A stretch of DNA of 63,628 nucleotides, filler included, from 11 parts of 11 records of this genome joined end to end with filler, not necessarily neighbours in it; one strand, 5' to 3'. Shown: positions 39,151 to 52,240, numbered from the whole stretch's first letter. Notes: generated by a model not told the origin, from the sequence alone. Numbers and translations are program-made.

Positions 39151-40580
39151 ATGCCGGCTGAAATTGCACTTGTCGTGGGCGGCGGGATCGGGGGGCTCTC
39201 GGCGGCGCTGGCGCTGCACAAGGCGGGCCTGGAGGTGCACGTGTTCGAGAGGGCGCCGGAGCTGGCCGAGATCGGGGCCGGGATCAACATGCTGCCGGCC
39301 GGGGCTGCGGTGCTCGACATGCTCGGGATGAGCCAACGGCTGCAGAGCGACCAGGGCGCCGACGCCGTGCTCACCTCGGAGCTGCGGTACTACGGTACCA
39401 AGGGCACGCTCATCCTAAAGGAGCCGCGCGGCCGGTTCGCTGGGTTCCGGAGCCCGCAATATTCTATCAGCCGGGCCACGATGCACACCCAGCTGCTGCT
39501 AGCAGTCCAGGAACGGCTGGGGCCGGGCAGGGTGCACCTGGACCACAGCTTTGAGCGGTTCGCTCAGGACGATGCCAGCGTCACTGCGTGGTTCACGAGC
39601 AGCGACGGGGTCACCCGGAGCTACAGCGGCAACATCCTGATCGGCGCCGACGGCCTGCGCTCTAACGTTCGGCGGCAAGTCTACCCAAACGAGGAGGCCC
39701 GGTTCACCGGGTGGCGGATCTACCGGGGGGTGGTCGAGTTGGACGCTAGGCTGCTCAACGGAAGCACGATGCTCACCACAGGGTCCGGCAAGTGCGCGTG
39801 GGTGTTTTACCCCATCTCCGCCACCAAGGCCAAGCAGGGCAAGATCCGGCTGAACTGGGGCGCCAACTGCAACGACGCGGTGCTGCCGGAGCATATCAGG
39901 GGCCGGCCCGGGCCAGAGGCTTGGAACCGGCCTGCAACCAAGGCGGAGTTTGCCCCATTGGTGAAAGACTGGCAGTTCGCGCCTGGGGTGTGGTCCGATC
40001 CGAGCATCAGCTACAGCACGATCATAGCCGCTACCCCCGCTGACCAGATCACCTGCTACTGCCTTTTTGACCGGAACCCTGTGGAGCAGTGCGCTAGCAC
40101 AGCGCGCTGTGGCTTAGCCGGGTTACAGGTGGACGTTTGGACGAGTGACACTGCTAGGCGACGCGGCGCACCCGCTGCTGCCGTTCGGATCACAAGGCGG
40201 TGGCCAGGCCATGTTGGACGTGCAGGTAAGACGCGGGCGCCGGCCAACCATTAGAGCGGGGCTGCAGGCGCTTTATGATGCATTCAGCAGCTCAAAAGAC
40301 GGCCCGGCTGCGCTTCTCGCGTATGAGAAGGCCCGTGTGGCTACCGCAGCACAGGCCCGAAGCCGCCGGGCTGGGGGCTGACACGGTGAGGCAGGTGGTC
40401 CTCAAGAACCGGCAGATGGGCCCGACTAAGCTGCTGGCCATGCTCGAGGATGCCTGTGGGCACAAGAGCAAGCAGGAGCAAGAGGCGTGGGTGGCGGAGA
40501 AATCGAGCGAACTCGAGAAGTTCAGCACAAACTACCAGACCATGACCGGCAACAAGAAGATGCTGCAGGCCAAGCTGTAG
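39151..40580 (+). CDS. FAD-dependent monooxygenase (salicylate hydroxylase/UbiH-like), 3 introns (40355-40394 is GC-AG)
   Basis: VVGGGIGGL, LIGADGLRSNVR, GRVTLLGDAAHPLLPFGSQGGGQAMLD. Confidence 0.92.
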
Positions 40581-40856
40581 CTCGACAAGCACCAAGAAAT
40601 CACGCCATATGGATGCTCTGCCTAAACGATCACGTGCCTATCACGTGCTTTAACCCTGTAACGCGGTGACCTGTCCGCAATAAACGCAATGTAATGCATG
40701 TTTACACCATGTACATACTGCCGTATGAGCCAGGCGTTCGTCTTGTACATGATTGTCTTCTCACCATGCCATGCCGTGCCAGACATCCGTGGATCGGAGG
40801 CTCCGAGATCCAGGGCCTCGAAAAATTCCAGATTGGGAGGAGTCGAGTCCCCCGCA

Positions 40857-41516
40857 ATGAGCTCGCTGCGCGGATGGCCCCAGCTGCTGGCCGGCCTGTG
40901 CCTGCTGGCGTTCTCGGCCAAGGCTCAGTCAGAAGAAGACGTGCTGGAGCCGCAGATGCTGGGCTCTACCATTGTGCGCCAGGCCCGCCGCATGGCTGGA
41001 GCGCCTTTGGCAGGTGGCCAGGACAGCCCACTCGTACCTATATCTATTCGGAGGAGCGTCCAGCAACTCGAGCACCCCTCTCAATCAAATATACGAGTTT
41101 GACATGACGCAGCGCACCTGGGCGGTCAGTCCTCGGCCTGCGGGACCGGCTGACCGCTGGCCATCTTGTTATTTGCCGGCCAACTCGTGTAATGGCCCCC
41201 TGAATCACAGTGCACGGGGCCGTTCCTCTACATAGTAACACAGGAAATGATAACAACAACACGACTAGAGCAAACACCGGGGAATGTCCGGGGGTCTCCC
41301 TTCCCACGGGGCCGCGAGGAGCGGGCGCAGCAGCTGGGTGCAAAGCTGGACAGAAGCGGGGCAGCTGAGCAGGTGCTGCCACCAGACGGCCGCCGCTGCG
41401 CAGAGCACGGCCGCGGTCCAGCCCAACGCCGCGCGCATACGGCAATGGTGTCGCAGGGGACCCGGGCAACTATCAGTTACTACGTTACCGGCTTGGCGCC
41501 GGCTTTCAACAAATAA
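40857..41516 (+). CDS. Short secreted Kelch-like protein or gene remnant; 3' structure uncertain
   Basis: Signal peptide, a 40-nt GT-AG intron, then YLYLFGG...IYEFDMTQRTW and RRAHTAMV. Confidence 0.4.
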
Positions 41517-41723
41517 TTATAAACGATGCAATTAATTGCGAGCCATTGAACTACTCGTCAGTAGTACTACAAGTCGTATTGTGCTTGGCTTCAGCACCTT
41601 CCCGAGAGCACCTTTCCGACCGATTCAAATTATTGGTGAGTTATTCGAACACTCTACAAGTCGGCTCGTATATCGAGGTGAACGTGTGGATGCATCATTC
41701 TATGAGTGCGCATCGGTTGCAGG

Positions 41724-43221
41724 TTATTCTAGCGTGTGCCCTTGGACTTTGGTAACTGCTAGGGCGGGCCGCAGCCGTGGGCTCATCCGTGTCACCAGCT
41801 GTTGCCACATGCCGTGAGTCTCGTGCACCACTTTGAGCGCAAACTCCTTGGGCATGCATGACCCTTCAAACCCGAACGAGTTTTCCTTCTTCCCCGTGCA
41901 AACCTTGTACACTCGCAGCCACTCCCGGATGTGACCCACCGCCCCAGGCAGCACACACTCGAGCTCGTCCAGCGTGTGCACCTTCTCTGCCAGAATGTCG
42001 TCCGTCCGCAAGGTGATCACCTGCCCACGCGCTGCCCACGCGCTGTTGTGTGGTCCGACCTTCCAGTCCGTCTCCCCAGAGTCTATCAACGCAAGCACTC
42101 CGAGCACCCTCACCCGCTTGACTTCTCCGATCCTCATCGGCGTAAGCCCTGCCCCGGCTTGTCAGCTGCCCCGCTGGCCTGGCCACCCATCTCAATCACA
42201 TCCAGTGGGTCGTTGTCTCCCTGCGCCCTGCTCAGCCCGAGCCATGCTGAATTTTGCCTTGGCGTGAGTCTCCTCCGAGTAATGATTGGGGTCCTCCCAA
42301 GTCTGAGGTAGCGCCCCGTAGTTGAAGGCCATGTCACCGTGCTTATATTCGCGCAGCACCCCGTGCGCCACGTCCTGCTTGATCCGGTTCAGATACTCAC
42401 CTGCCAGCCTGGCTCGCTAACCGCACCGGCCTGAGAGGACCAGTGGCGATCTCAAACTTTGCTCGCGAATACTTTGGGATCTCGCAGATAAAGTGCACCT
42501 CGTCGCTCGGCCTGTTCCACGGGAACAACGGAATGTCGTGCCACGGCGATATTGGCTGGTGCTGGTACGAGAAGGCCACTCGGAACTCAAATGTGCCAGC
42601 CACGTTAATTGAGTGCTCACGCACCTTACTCAGATCGAACTCGGCTGCCTCCGGGATCTGCTCCCCGGTGGCCAGCTCGAACCGATCCCGGTGCCGCCGC
42701 TTTTTTACGAACGGATTGCCGGGCTGGGTGTACCAGTTCAGGAACTGGTCGCAGCTGATCAGCCCGTCCTCTGTCCGGCCCATCCCCTCCAATATATCAG
42801 GCAGGTCCTCGTCCAGAATGTTAGTCCCGAGCCGGTCGTTCAGCAGCCGAATCTCCGAAACCCGCAGCTCGCCGCCCTCGGCCATCGCCGCAAACGTGTG
42901 CCGGATGATTGACTGCTCCCGGGACGAGAAAACGTCCGGGTTATCAAAGTGCTGGAGCGACTCGATGGTCCGCTTGAGCTCGGCGTTCTCGGCCTCGAGC
43001 GTCATCCGGTCGACCTTGTCCAGGCTGCCCGACGAGCCCGGCTTGGCCATCCGGCGGGCGGTGGAGAGGCCCTGCCGCACCTGCCGCCGGCCTCGTCCCG
43101 CCCCCCGGGCTGCGCGCACCTCGGGCGAGGCGCCCTGCACGTGGTTGGTGGCCGGGGTAGGTGGGAGGGCGCTCTCGGGCGGGTGGAACGCTTCCGCGGG
43201 CTCGTCGTCATACAAGCTCAT
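41724..43221 (-). CDS. EF-hand plus family I inorganic pyrophosphatase (VSP1/acidocalcisomal type), about 5 introns (42221-42257 is GC-AG)
   Basis: DGLISCDQFLNW EF-hand; ISPWHDIPL, FICEIPKYSRAKFEIATGE, YKHGDMAFNYGALPQTWED, GDNDPLDV, IDSGETDWKV. Confidence 0.92.
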
Positions 43222-43821
43222 GGTCGCCGAGGGTGGTTCCGGTCAGAGTGTCCCAGAAAGCAACGGACTTGACTTCAGTCAGCCACTGGCAGCCCGATGC
43301 GGGCGGCTGCAGTGCCCTCGATCACTCGAGCCAAGAGTACGCCCCGTTACCAACGAACGGTTGCCTTTGAAACACGTAGGATGCAGGGGTCTCCTTGCCC
43401 TTGGTATCCCAGCACAGGAGCTGGTCAAATGCGGAGGCTCCGTCGAAAATCGCTCTCATGTTGGTATTTTCNNNNNNNNNNNNNNNNNNNNNNNNNNNNN
43501 NNNNNNNNNNNNNNNTTAATTAATTAANNNNNNNNNNNNNNNNNNNNNNNNNNNNNNNNNNNNNNNNNNNNAATCCCCGCTTGGCGCCGTACGGACCAGG
43601 GGTTCGCATCCGGTGCGCCTCGCCCCGCTGAATCGGAGACCACTGACGGTGCCCCCCCACACCACGCCGTGCCGGGGACGCCCAACCTGGCGCGAAGGCC
43701 ATCACTCAATCTGGACTCGCTGCTCTATTTTTAATCTCTATTTTGAGAACTTAAACCTGTCGAGGAGCCGTTGGCAACTGCCTGGATCGTGTGATGGGGC
43801 CGAACATTGAGTCAGGCTGAT

Positions 43822-46760
43822 ATGAGCCGCGACGAGCCGGGAGACGAGCGGGCAGCCAGCCCAGCAGACGAGCCCGAGCCTGAGATGGCCGAACAGGGCA
43901 ACCCGCTCAACGGCTCCGCGGCTGGCGCCCCGGCCGAGAAGCTGGACGGTGCGGGCCACAGTCTCGCGGGGGCTGAGCTGCGGGCAGAGGACCTGGAGCA
44001 GGCGGGCGGACTGCTGCCAACGGGCGGCTCGACCGAGTTCGGGCACCTGGTGATCGAGGAGGTGCAGGAGGCTAGGCTGCACGACAGGCCGTGCAAGCGG
44101 ATCGGGCAGCAGCTGCTGTACGGGGCGCGGATGGCCGGGGCAGGCACCCTGGCCTTCGGACTGACCAACTGGGACGAGTTCAAGGACGAGATGATGCCGG
44201 CCGTCGCCTTCCTGGCCTGCGTGACCGCCGTCCTGTGCGCGGCCCCAACCCTGGGCGGCACACTCAGCCTCTCGGTCCAAGCAGCCATCGGGTCGCTGGC
44301 AGCGGCGCTGATCTCCTGGCCGATCGTGCAGGCGTTCAAGGGCCAGCGGGTGGCCTCCGCCTGCGGGCTTGCAGTCATCTCGTTCTTCTTTGGGGTTCTG
44401 GTTGCCGGGCCGGCCGTGCGCAATCTGGGGCTCGCGCTGATCAGCGTGATTGTCATCCTGTTCGCGATGGACGACAAGCTGGACGACGCACTCCCGTTCA
44501 AGATAATGCTCACGTGCATCACTGGGATCCTGTGCTCCGTGATCGCGTCGTTGCTCCCGATCCCAACCTGGGGATCGACCAGGCTAGAGAGGCTGGTCTC
44601 TCGAAGCCTGCGACACGTTGACTTGCTGATCGAACTGGTGCGAGCCTCCGGTCTGCCGCTGGTCACTGAGGGCCGCAGGCGTTCATTAAGGTGTTTGACC
44701 CACAGTTTAACGGCTATGACGAGCTGGTGGAGCTCGATGTCGAGTATGTGTTCAGCAAAGGTGCCCGCGTGGTCGGGTGCGATCCGAGTGAATCGGGTGG
44801 GCCAGCCTCGCAGGACTGGAGCGAAGCCACGAAACTGGTGTCCGCCGCCAGCTGGGAGACTCCGTGGATCGACCACTCGAGTACACTAGAGCTGCTCCAG
44901 TCTCTTCTGGCGCTTGTGACTAGCCTGAACAAGATAACTAAGCACTCGCTCCAACACAGAACCGAGCTCACCTCCGAGGTGCCTGGCAGACCACTGCGTG
45001 CAGCTGAGTGGATAGCCAGGTCGCGAATCTGATTGCTCAACGGGGCATGCAGCTGCAGCGGCAGGTGTCATACTGTCTGCTGCTGATTGCAGATTACTAC
45101 TGTCTCGAGGAGGACCTGCCGTACAAAGTCTACGGGATGCACTGCGGCCACAGCTGGATGGACCGCGAGAGTCAAACCTTCGGAGCGGAGGATGCAGAGA
45201 AATCGCCTTGGTTTGAAGGGAGGCACCAGAGTAAGGAATCCACCCAACAAGCTGAAAAGCAGAGCAAGGACGATCTTGAATCGCTTGTGAAAGCCCTGCA
45301 TGTTAGCTACGCAGACGCGAGGCAGCACCTGGTGGCTGCTGCCCTGGTGAAAGTGCGCTGATTTTATGTGTATCCTGTAGTTCTATGATGGTGCTTTTGA
45401 CAGCTCGATGATTCATGATTGCGATGAGGTACTTGAGTGTGCTTTTTTGGGCTAGTGATGGCGCGGCAGATTCTCGAAATCAACGCCATGTACGCCACCG
45501 TGCTTAAGATCACAGAAAAACTAGAAAAGCATGCCATATACGTCGACGAGGACTTTCAGGCCCGCGCAATGCGTACTGTCAAAGGCCTCTGGTCCAGCCT
45601 TGGGATCAGCGTTGTCTTTGACATCCCATCTCTAAAGTTTGCGTTCAAGGTCCAGCAGCAGCGGTGCGCCGGTTCTCATCTTGATGATGCAGGTATGTCT
45701 GGCAATGACGCTGGCCGCGTGTTGTGGCCTGATTGATGCCCTCAAGCAAACCTTCGACACAAAAGCATTTTGGACTGCGCTCACAGTTGCGTTTGTGATT
45801 TCTCCCATGGAAGGCTCTAGCCTGAAGCAGGGGTTGCTGCGCATGATGGGTACAGTGATGGGGGCCATCTTTGGGTACTTCATTCTCAAACTAACAGATA
45901 ACACCGACTGGATCATGGCCATCCTTTTGTTTTTGTGGAGTATACTTGGCGGGTGGATGCGAAGCGACCCCGAAGTGGGCTATGCAGGGATGGTCTCTAG
46001 CTTCACTGCCTTTATCATTGTGGTGGACAGCGAGGGGAGCAGCGATTATGGTTCGATTACGTTAGCTCGGATCGAGATGACCTGTTATGGGGTGGTAATC
46101 TGGGTACTGATCTGCCTTGCTGTATTTCCGGCCCGCGCGTCGCTGCAGCTGCTGGACGAATATAAAGGGTCACTGGACGCTGCTACAAATTGGCTGGAGC
46201 ACCTGATGCTGGTAGCTGCAGATATGCATCGCCATACTGTCGAGGCGGAGGTCAAGAAATGGAGTGAAGAATTTGATAAGAGGTGCGCAAAGGAGCTCAT
46301 GCTGCTTCCGCATGCCACAGCTGAGCCGAAGCTATGGTATCGTGTCTTTGCTGCAAAGGCACACACGGAGGTGGTGAATCAGATCCTTGAGATCGGCCGG
46401 TCGCTAAATTCACTAAATGTGTCAATGTTACAAGGGGAATACGTCAAGGCACTGAGAGCTGACCTATTGCCACTGCACAAGCAGCTGATCTATTCGATGC
46501 CTTCACTGGCTGTGATGCTGAACGAAGATGCAATCTTTCCAGACATTCAGATTCCAGCTCTGAAGAGTGCACTTCAGAGTTTCCACACCGCTGTATATGG
46601 CGCGATCCGACATAGGGTCGAAACCGGTCACAGAACAGCAAATCAAGATCTGCTCGACCTGTGCATCATAGTCACTGTGCTACGTCATATGGTACAAAGT
46701 ATCGAGAGCTGTCATAGGGCCGCTGAGACCATTCTATTGCAAGAGTCTCACGGGCTCTGA
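43822..46760 (+). CDS. FUSC/ArAE/ALMT-superfamily membrane protein, multi-exon
   Basis: Two hydrophobic bundles; PTLGGTL, FWTALTVAFV, GSSLKQGLLRMMGTVMGA, YAGMVSSFTA, ARIEMTCYG...FPARA, AEPKLW. Confidence 0.85.
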
Positions 46761-47066
46761 CGAGATTGTTCTCTTCAGAGTTGGGATCTGAATATCAAGG
46801 CACATGAGATATTAGTGAAGACTTCTTGCATACTTCTTGCAGGATTGGTACATGCAGCCATTTAAAGCAAGGTAAAAGCAAGGCTCCCTAGGCCTTTGAT
46901 TAAATTAAGAGACTCATTAAGCCATAATTATACACCATCGATCTTCAAGTAGTTCATTGGTTCTCCTAATACTGTAGTATATACTGTAGTATCTCCTAAT
47001 ACTGTAGTATTAGTGTGAGTTCATCAATCATCTATAATTATTATATGATCATGAATCATGGATCTA

Positions 47067-48258
47067 TCATGGATCTGAATCACTCTTGCTCCAGCACTTT
47101 TGTGCGTTACAGCCAACAGCCCATTCACCTAAAGCTGAGTGCGGCGTGTCACCACAGACTGGTGCATAATCCAGCGGATAATATCTGTTGTCGCCAACTA
47201 GTGAACATGAGCCAGCAGCCACCGTCGCACAACGCAAAGCCGTTGAGTTGAGCTGGACTCCAACAAGTGGAGCGGAGCGGATGCACCGATCGTACAGCTT
47301 CCTTTGGTTGGAAAAGTGGCTGGCTCCGGTGAAATGCAAATACCTGGACCCCGAGGTTAGTGCACTTGTGCAGAGCCCGCGACCCGTTTCACCTTGGGCC
47401 GAGCGCTGGAGGCGAGCCGAGCGCAGGCGTGGTGACGATCTTGCTCCACATGTATTCATCATACGGTCCGCCAGCGCGATACTTAAAGTATCTGCAACAC
47501 AGTGATACTCACTCGACGGGCATGTCGATCAATGGCACCGAAATACACCGAGGTTCGCTATGGTTATGTTTTGGCTGGCCAGCCCGACAACAGTGATGTT
47601 GAGTCTCCGAGCCTCCTGGACGAGCACAGCGTGCGCCCAGCCGCATTGGTAGCCCCTGAGAACGCACACGTCGCCCTGGCGCAGTCTACCACCCGCCTCA
47701 CCTGGTCTCCTCCGCGTATGCGGCTACTAGTTCCGCCCAGCTTTCGGGAGGCGGGTCCTGGTAGAATTCCATGAAAAGAGCTGCAGGGGTCGGGTCCAGC
47801 CTGGCCTTCCTCAATGCCACGCTGGGCTTGTGTGACGCCTGTGTAGCTGCTCAGCCAACGCGCCGGCTGCCCCGCAGTCGTCGTGAAACTCCCCTACGAA
47901 CCTGCGCCCGGTGGATCCCTGGCCACGGCTATAGCTCTTACAGCGCTCCGGAAATCGCCCAGAAGCCCTGCAGACCTGCTGTCGGATCTCCTCCGAGTGG
48001 TGCAGCAGCGCCCTGCTGCCCTGCTGCAGCGCTCGCGCACATCGATGCCGGCTCCGCGTCGGAGGAGGAGGCCAGACGGCTCAGGAGGCTGTGGTTCTCC
48101 GTTATCAGCACCAAAGCGGCTGTGAGCATCGCCAGCAGCAGTAGCAGCGCGACAGCGGCCAAGGTTATGAGGAGCACACCCCAGGGCCGCGCACGGCCCG
48201 AGCGTGTCTCGCCCGGATGGTCCGTCGCGCACAGCTCCACCTGGTCTTCGAGCTCCAT
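47067..48258 (-). CDS. Type II membrane protein with an EreA/ChaN/Tiki-like domain, about 5 introns (47801-47838 is GC-AG)
   Basis: N-terminal TM helix; spliced LFVGEFHDD...AALFMEFY...LVQEARRLNITVVGL...KYR...LHFTGASH. Confidence 0.55.
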
Positions 48259-48359
48259 CNNNNNNNNNNNNNNNNNNNNNNNNNNNNNNNNNNNNNNNNN
48301 NNNTTAATTAATTAANNNNNNNNNNNNNNNNNNNNNNNNNNNNNNNNNNNNNNNNNNNN

Positions 48360-49293
48360 CCATTTGATTTCGGTTATCGGGGCTGTTCAGCGGACTAAGT
48401 ATCGGCCCCTGTGGATACCACACTCCCATGAATCTGTCCATGTCGATGGGAACTTGCATAGCCGTGAGGCTTTGGTCACGATCCTGCTCACGGTCCTGCT
48501 CTGTCGCCATCATCCTCGGCGGTCTGAAGAAGTGACGGCTCAGGTCGGGCTTAGCTGCACACTGCTGGCAGCTGCGGCAGTCTTCCAGCCCAGTCCTCTT
48601 GATGCACGCCCAGTGGTAGCTGCATCCCTCATGCTGCACAGCCTCGAGCCCGCTTACACTAACCCCCAGCGCCTCGGCCGCAGCCGTCGCTTCGGCCACC
48701 ACCGAGCTCGGCGGGTTGGGCTCTCGCGTTAGAATCCAGCTCGCGTCGGCCGCGCACAGCCCAGGCTCGCGCGGCTCAGTCGGTTGGCCCTGGGTGAGCA
48801 CAGCCCACGCGTAGCAATCCCGGGTGAAGCAGTCTGGTGAACTGCTGTCGCCGCCGCCCATCGCCACCAGCCACAGCGGAGTGCCGAGCACGCCAAAGGT
48901 CCAGGGCAGCCAGCTGGGGACGGTGCGCATCTTTGCCATCTCCCCGGACGGCCCGAGCTCGGCCTTCTGTGCTTTCCGGCGCATCGAATCCAGAGAGGGC
49001 GCAAATCCCGGTCCGCCCTGGTCCACCTGGTAGTTGTAAACCGAGAGCCGCTCAGTGGCGGTGAGGTGGTCGGCCAGGCTGGTCTTGCCCTCGAACGCGA
49101 AGGTCTTGAGCGCGCACCACGGCCCGGGTCCGGGGACGGGCGGCTGGCGCTGGGTATACCAGCTGGTGCGGAGGAATCCGACCAGCTCCGCATCGGTGAC
49201 GAGTCCGGTCGTCCGGCAACGGGCGTATGTGAGCGATGGCAGAAGCGCCACGAGCAGCGACGCCAGCAGCCTGGCCGCGCCGCGCGTAACCAT
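48360..49293 (-). CDS. Secreted tandem lipocalin-like protein, 3' partial
   Basis: Signal peptide; FLRTSWYTQ, YAWAVL, WILTREP; second domain begins IDMDRFMGVWY. Confidence 0.7.
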
Positions 49294-49393
49294 CCCACGT
49301 CAGAGCTAGTGCACAGCACAGCGACTTTTGAGTCCCATTTCACAGCAATCCCAAACGTTCCAGTGGCCCAGAATCCCCAGATCCCATTTGGCA

Positions 49394-51649
49394 ATGACCC
49401 CTGTGCCGGTCAGCGCGGTGGCGGTGTCGCCGTTGGGCAAGCCGCTGCTGGACCCGAGCTCGCTCCAGTGCCCGGCGCTGCTCAGCACCGGCCGCCAGTC
49501 CTGCTGCTGCGAGCTGCTCAGCCTGCGGGTCAAGATCGAGTGCCACATCGCCACCGCGATCGTCTCGCTGGACGGCACGTGGGCCCAGGACGTCGCGGCC
49601 GGCCCGGCCGATCTGGTGTTCCAGATGCCGGTCGACTCCGATTCAACCGTCTCGTCGCTCACCATCACCTCCCAGAATCGGCCCGACCGGGTGTGGCAAA
49701 CTGCGGTGGTGCCCAACGACGACGCGCTCTCGGGCGCGCTAGACGGGGCTCGCGAGATGGGGTACGATCCTCGGTTCTTCCGGCTGCCGCTGTCGCAGGT
49801 GGGCCAGGCCGACAGGCTCCGGATCCAGATGAGCTACTTCATGCCGATGCCCTTCGAGCCGGCCACTGGATCATTTCGTCTGGCGGTCCCGTTCCGGTTC
49901 CCGCCGAGTTGCCTGAGCAACGGAACGATCCAGCAGCGCGCCGAGGTGGTGGCTGTGATCAACACGGGCACGCCGAACTGCCGTTGGAGCCACGGCTCGT
50001 TGCCGTTCGTAGAAGATCTCTCTGCAGGTGGGCGAGGCGAGCACTGCATACAGCTGGTCGCAGACAGGGCGCAGCCGTGGCCGCTGGGGGACATTGAGCT
50101 TAACTATGCGGTATGGGGCCAGGATGTGCGGGCCAGCACCGCGCTAGAATGGCCCGAGCCGGGCTCCTCCGACCGTTATGTCAAGTTCGCCACGTTCATC
50201 GCTCCGCCACAAGTCGACGCGTGCAAGGGCAGGTTCAGTCGCTCGGTGGTATTCATGATAGACTACAGCGGCAGCATGCACGGCGCCCCGCTCGAAGATG
50301 CCAAGAAAGCGCTCTCGGCCGCGGTGATGCGGCTGGATGAAGCCGATTGCTTTGGGCTAATCAAATTCAATCACCAGCATGCTTGGTTCACGCAGCACTG
50401 CAGCCCGTTCGACAACACACCTGAGCAGGCCAGCGCGCCCTGGTTTTCCAAGGCAGGAGACGCTGTGTTCTCTCGGCGTGTGTTCCAGGCCACGGCGGCC
50501 AATAAGATCCAGGCGCAGGATTGGATTAACAACATTACGTGTGCAGGCGGCACCGACATCAACACACCCACGATGGACGCTCTCTCGGTCTTGAATAAGC
50601 ACCAGATCAGCAACCCACAATTTGTCCCGTACCTCTTCCTCCTAACAGACGGCGCGGTCCGAAATGAGCGGCAGATTTGCAACAACGTACAGGCCTCGCT
50701 CGGGCAGGCGACCAGCACGACCGGCGTCTCGCCTCGGATCATGACGCTGGGAATCGGCCCGTACACCAACGGGTACTTTCTGCGGATGCTCTCCCAGATC
50801 GGGCGGGGCTTCTGCGAGCTGGTGCTCGACCCAGATAGGTTATTTGGCCAGATTGATAGCTTGGTCAGCCGGGCTTCTCTCCCGGTGCTCACCAATGTCC
50901 GGCTCCACATTGACAGCGCGACGTGCACAGAGGTTGAGCTGTACCCGCCAGTGATCCCAGACCTGTTTGTGGGCGCCCCGCTGCTCATCTGCGGCCGGTA
51001 CATCCCGGCACCCGGGACGGAGCATCAGTGGCCGAGTCCATTCATGCTCACGGGACAGTGGCCCGACGGCCAGTCAATCCTTCCGGGCGATTTCCCGATC
51101 GCGTGGCGGGACCCGCAGGTGGAGATCAATCAAGGGTACCAGAATCCTCTACCAGTGGGTAAGATGACCGCCAAGCTGCGGATCGATATGCTCACAGCAG
51201 CCGCTTGGTTGTGCGAGGAAACCGACCCCGAACGTCACGCTGAGTTGAAGCGAGTGATTGTGCAAGAGTCGTGCACGCACAAGGTCACATCGGCGTACAC
51301 AGTCATGGTGGCGGTGGAGAGCACGCCCGACAAGCTGGAGGAAAGAGACAGGAAGGACAAGGAATCCGGAAGCGTTTCGTCGGCTGTGTTTGTCGGGGCT
51401 GCGGTGGGTGGCGTGGTGCTCATTGGAGCCGGTGCGGCGGTGCTCATGTTTGGCAGCGTCGCGGCCACGGATGCCGGGTTGTCGATTGTAACGGGATTCG
51501 CGGGACTCGGGGCAGAGGCGCTAGCTCCCGCGTTTGCATTCATTGGGGATGGGGTGATGGCGGGCGGTGAGGCGGTCGGTGTGTGCTGCTGTGGGCTATT
51601 CGATGGCTGCGGCCCGCTGGGCGATTGCTGCAACGGGTTCGGAGAATGC
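49394..51649 (+). CDS. VIT-VWA (inter-alpha-trypsin inhibitor heavy chain-like) protein with hydrophobic and Cys-rich C-terminus, 3' partial
   Basis: MIDAS motif VVFMIDYSGSM, GGTDI, LFLLTDGAV, LGIGPYTN, IPDLFVGAPL. Confidence 0.88.
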
Positions 51650-51809
51650 NNNNNNNNNNNNNNNNNNNNNNNNNNNNNNNNNNNNNNNNNNNNTTAATTA
51701 ATTAANNNNNNNNNNNNNNNNNNNNNNNNNNNNNNNNNNNNNNNNNNNNCCCCCCCCCCCCCCCCCCCCCCCCCCCATTAGGGTCTGGCGGTGATGACGG
51801 GCCGCCCAG

Positions 51810-52240
51810 GCGTGGACGCGATCGTTTTTGTGGTGGACAGCGCCCGGCCGGACCGGCTCGGTAACGGACTTTTAACGGACGCGGTGTGCGGGGGTGAGTT
51901 TTTAACGGACAGATGAGGCCAAGAACGAGCTCTGGATGATGCTGGAGAGCGAGGACCTGAGGGATGCCAAGCTGCTGGTGGCGGTGCCGTTGCCGGGGCG
52001 GTAACGGACTTTAACGGACGGGGGTTCAGGCGAACAAGCAGGACCTGGTCGGGGCGCTCAGTGTGGCGGAGGTGGCGGACAGGCTGGCGCTGCATTCGCT
52101 GGAGAAACGGAAGTGGTTCATCCAAGGTGCGTTGAATTTAATTTAATTGATTTAATATTAATTCAGCCGGGCCAGGCATGTCGACGTATCAGAGCGAAGG
52201 AGTAACGGAAGGACTCGAGTGGATTGCGTACGCCCTTTGA
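51810..52240 (+). CDS. Arf/Arl small GTPase, 5' partial, missing from the ORF track; introns 51861-51912, 51984-52029, 52127-52175
   Basis: Spliced: [46 protein letters not shown]...KRKWFIQG...EGLEWI. Confidence 0.9.

Noticed and set aside
46963-47010. Short intergenic tandem duplications (ATACTGTAGTAT x3; also 4297-4323 and 4428-4449)
   Set aside because: Ordinary slippage microduplications with no spacer structure.
51750-51783. Poly-C run followed by TTAGGG as a telomere
   Set aside because: A single hexamer inside an Arf intron at a homopolymer assembly break.
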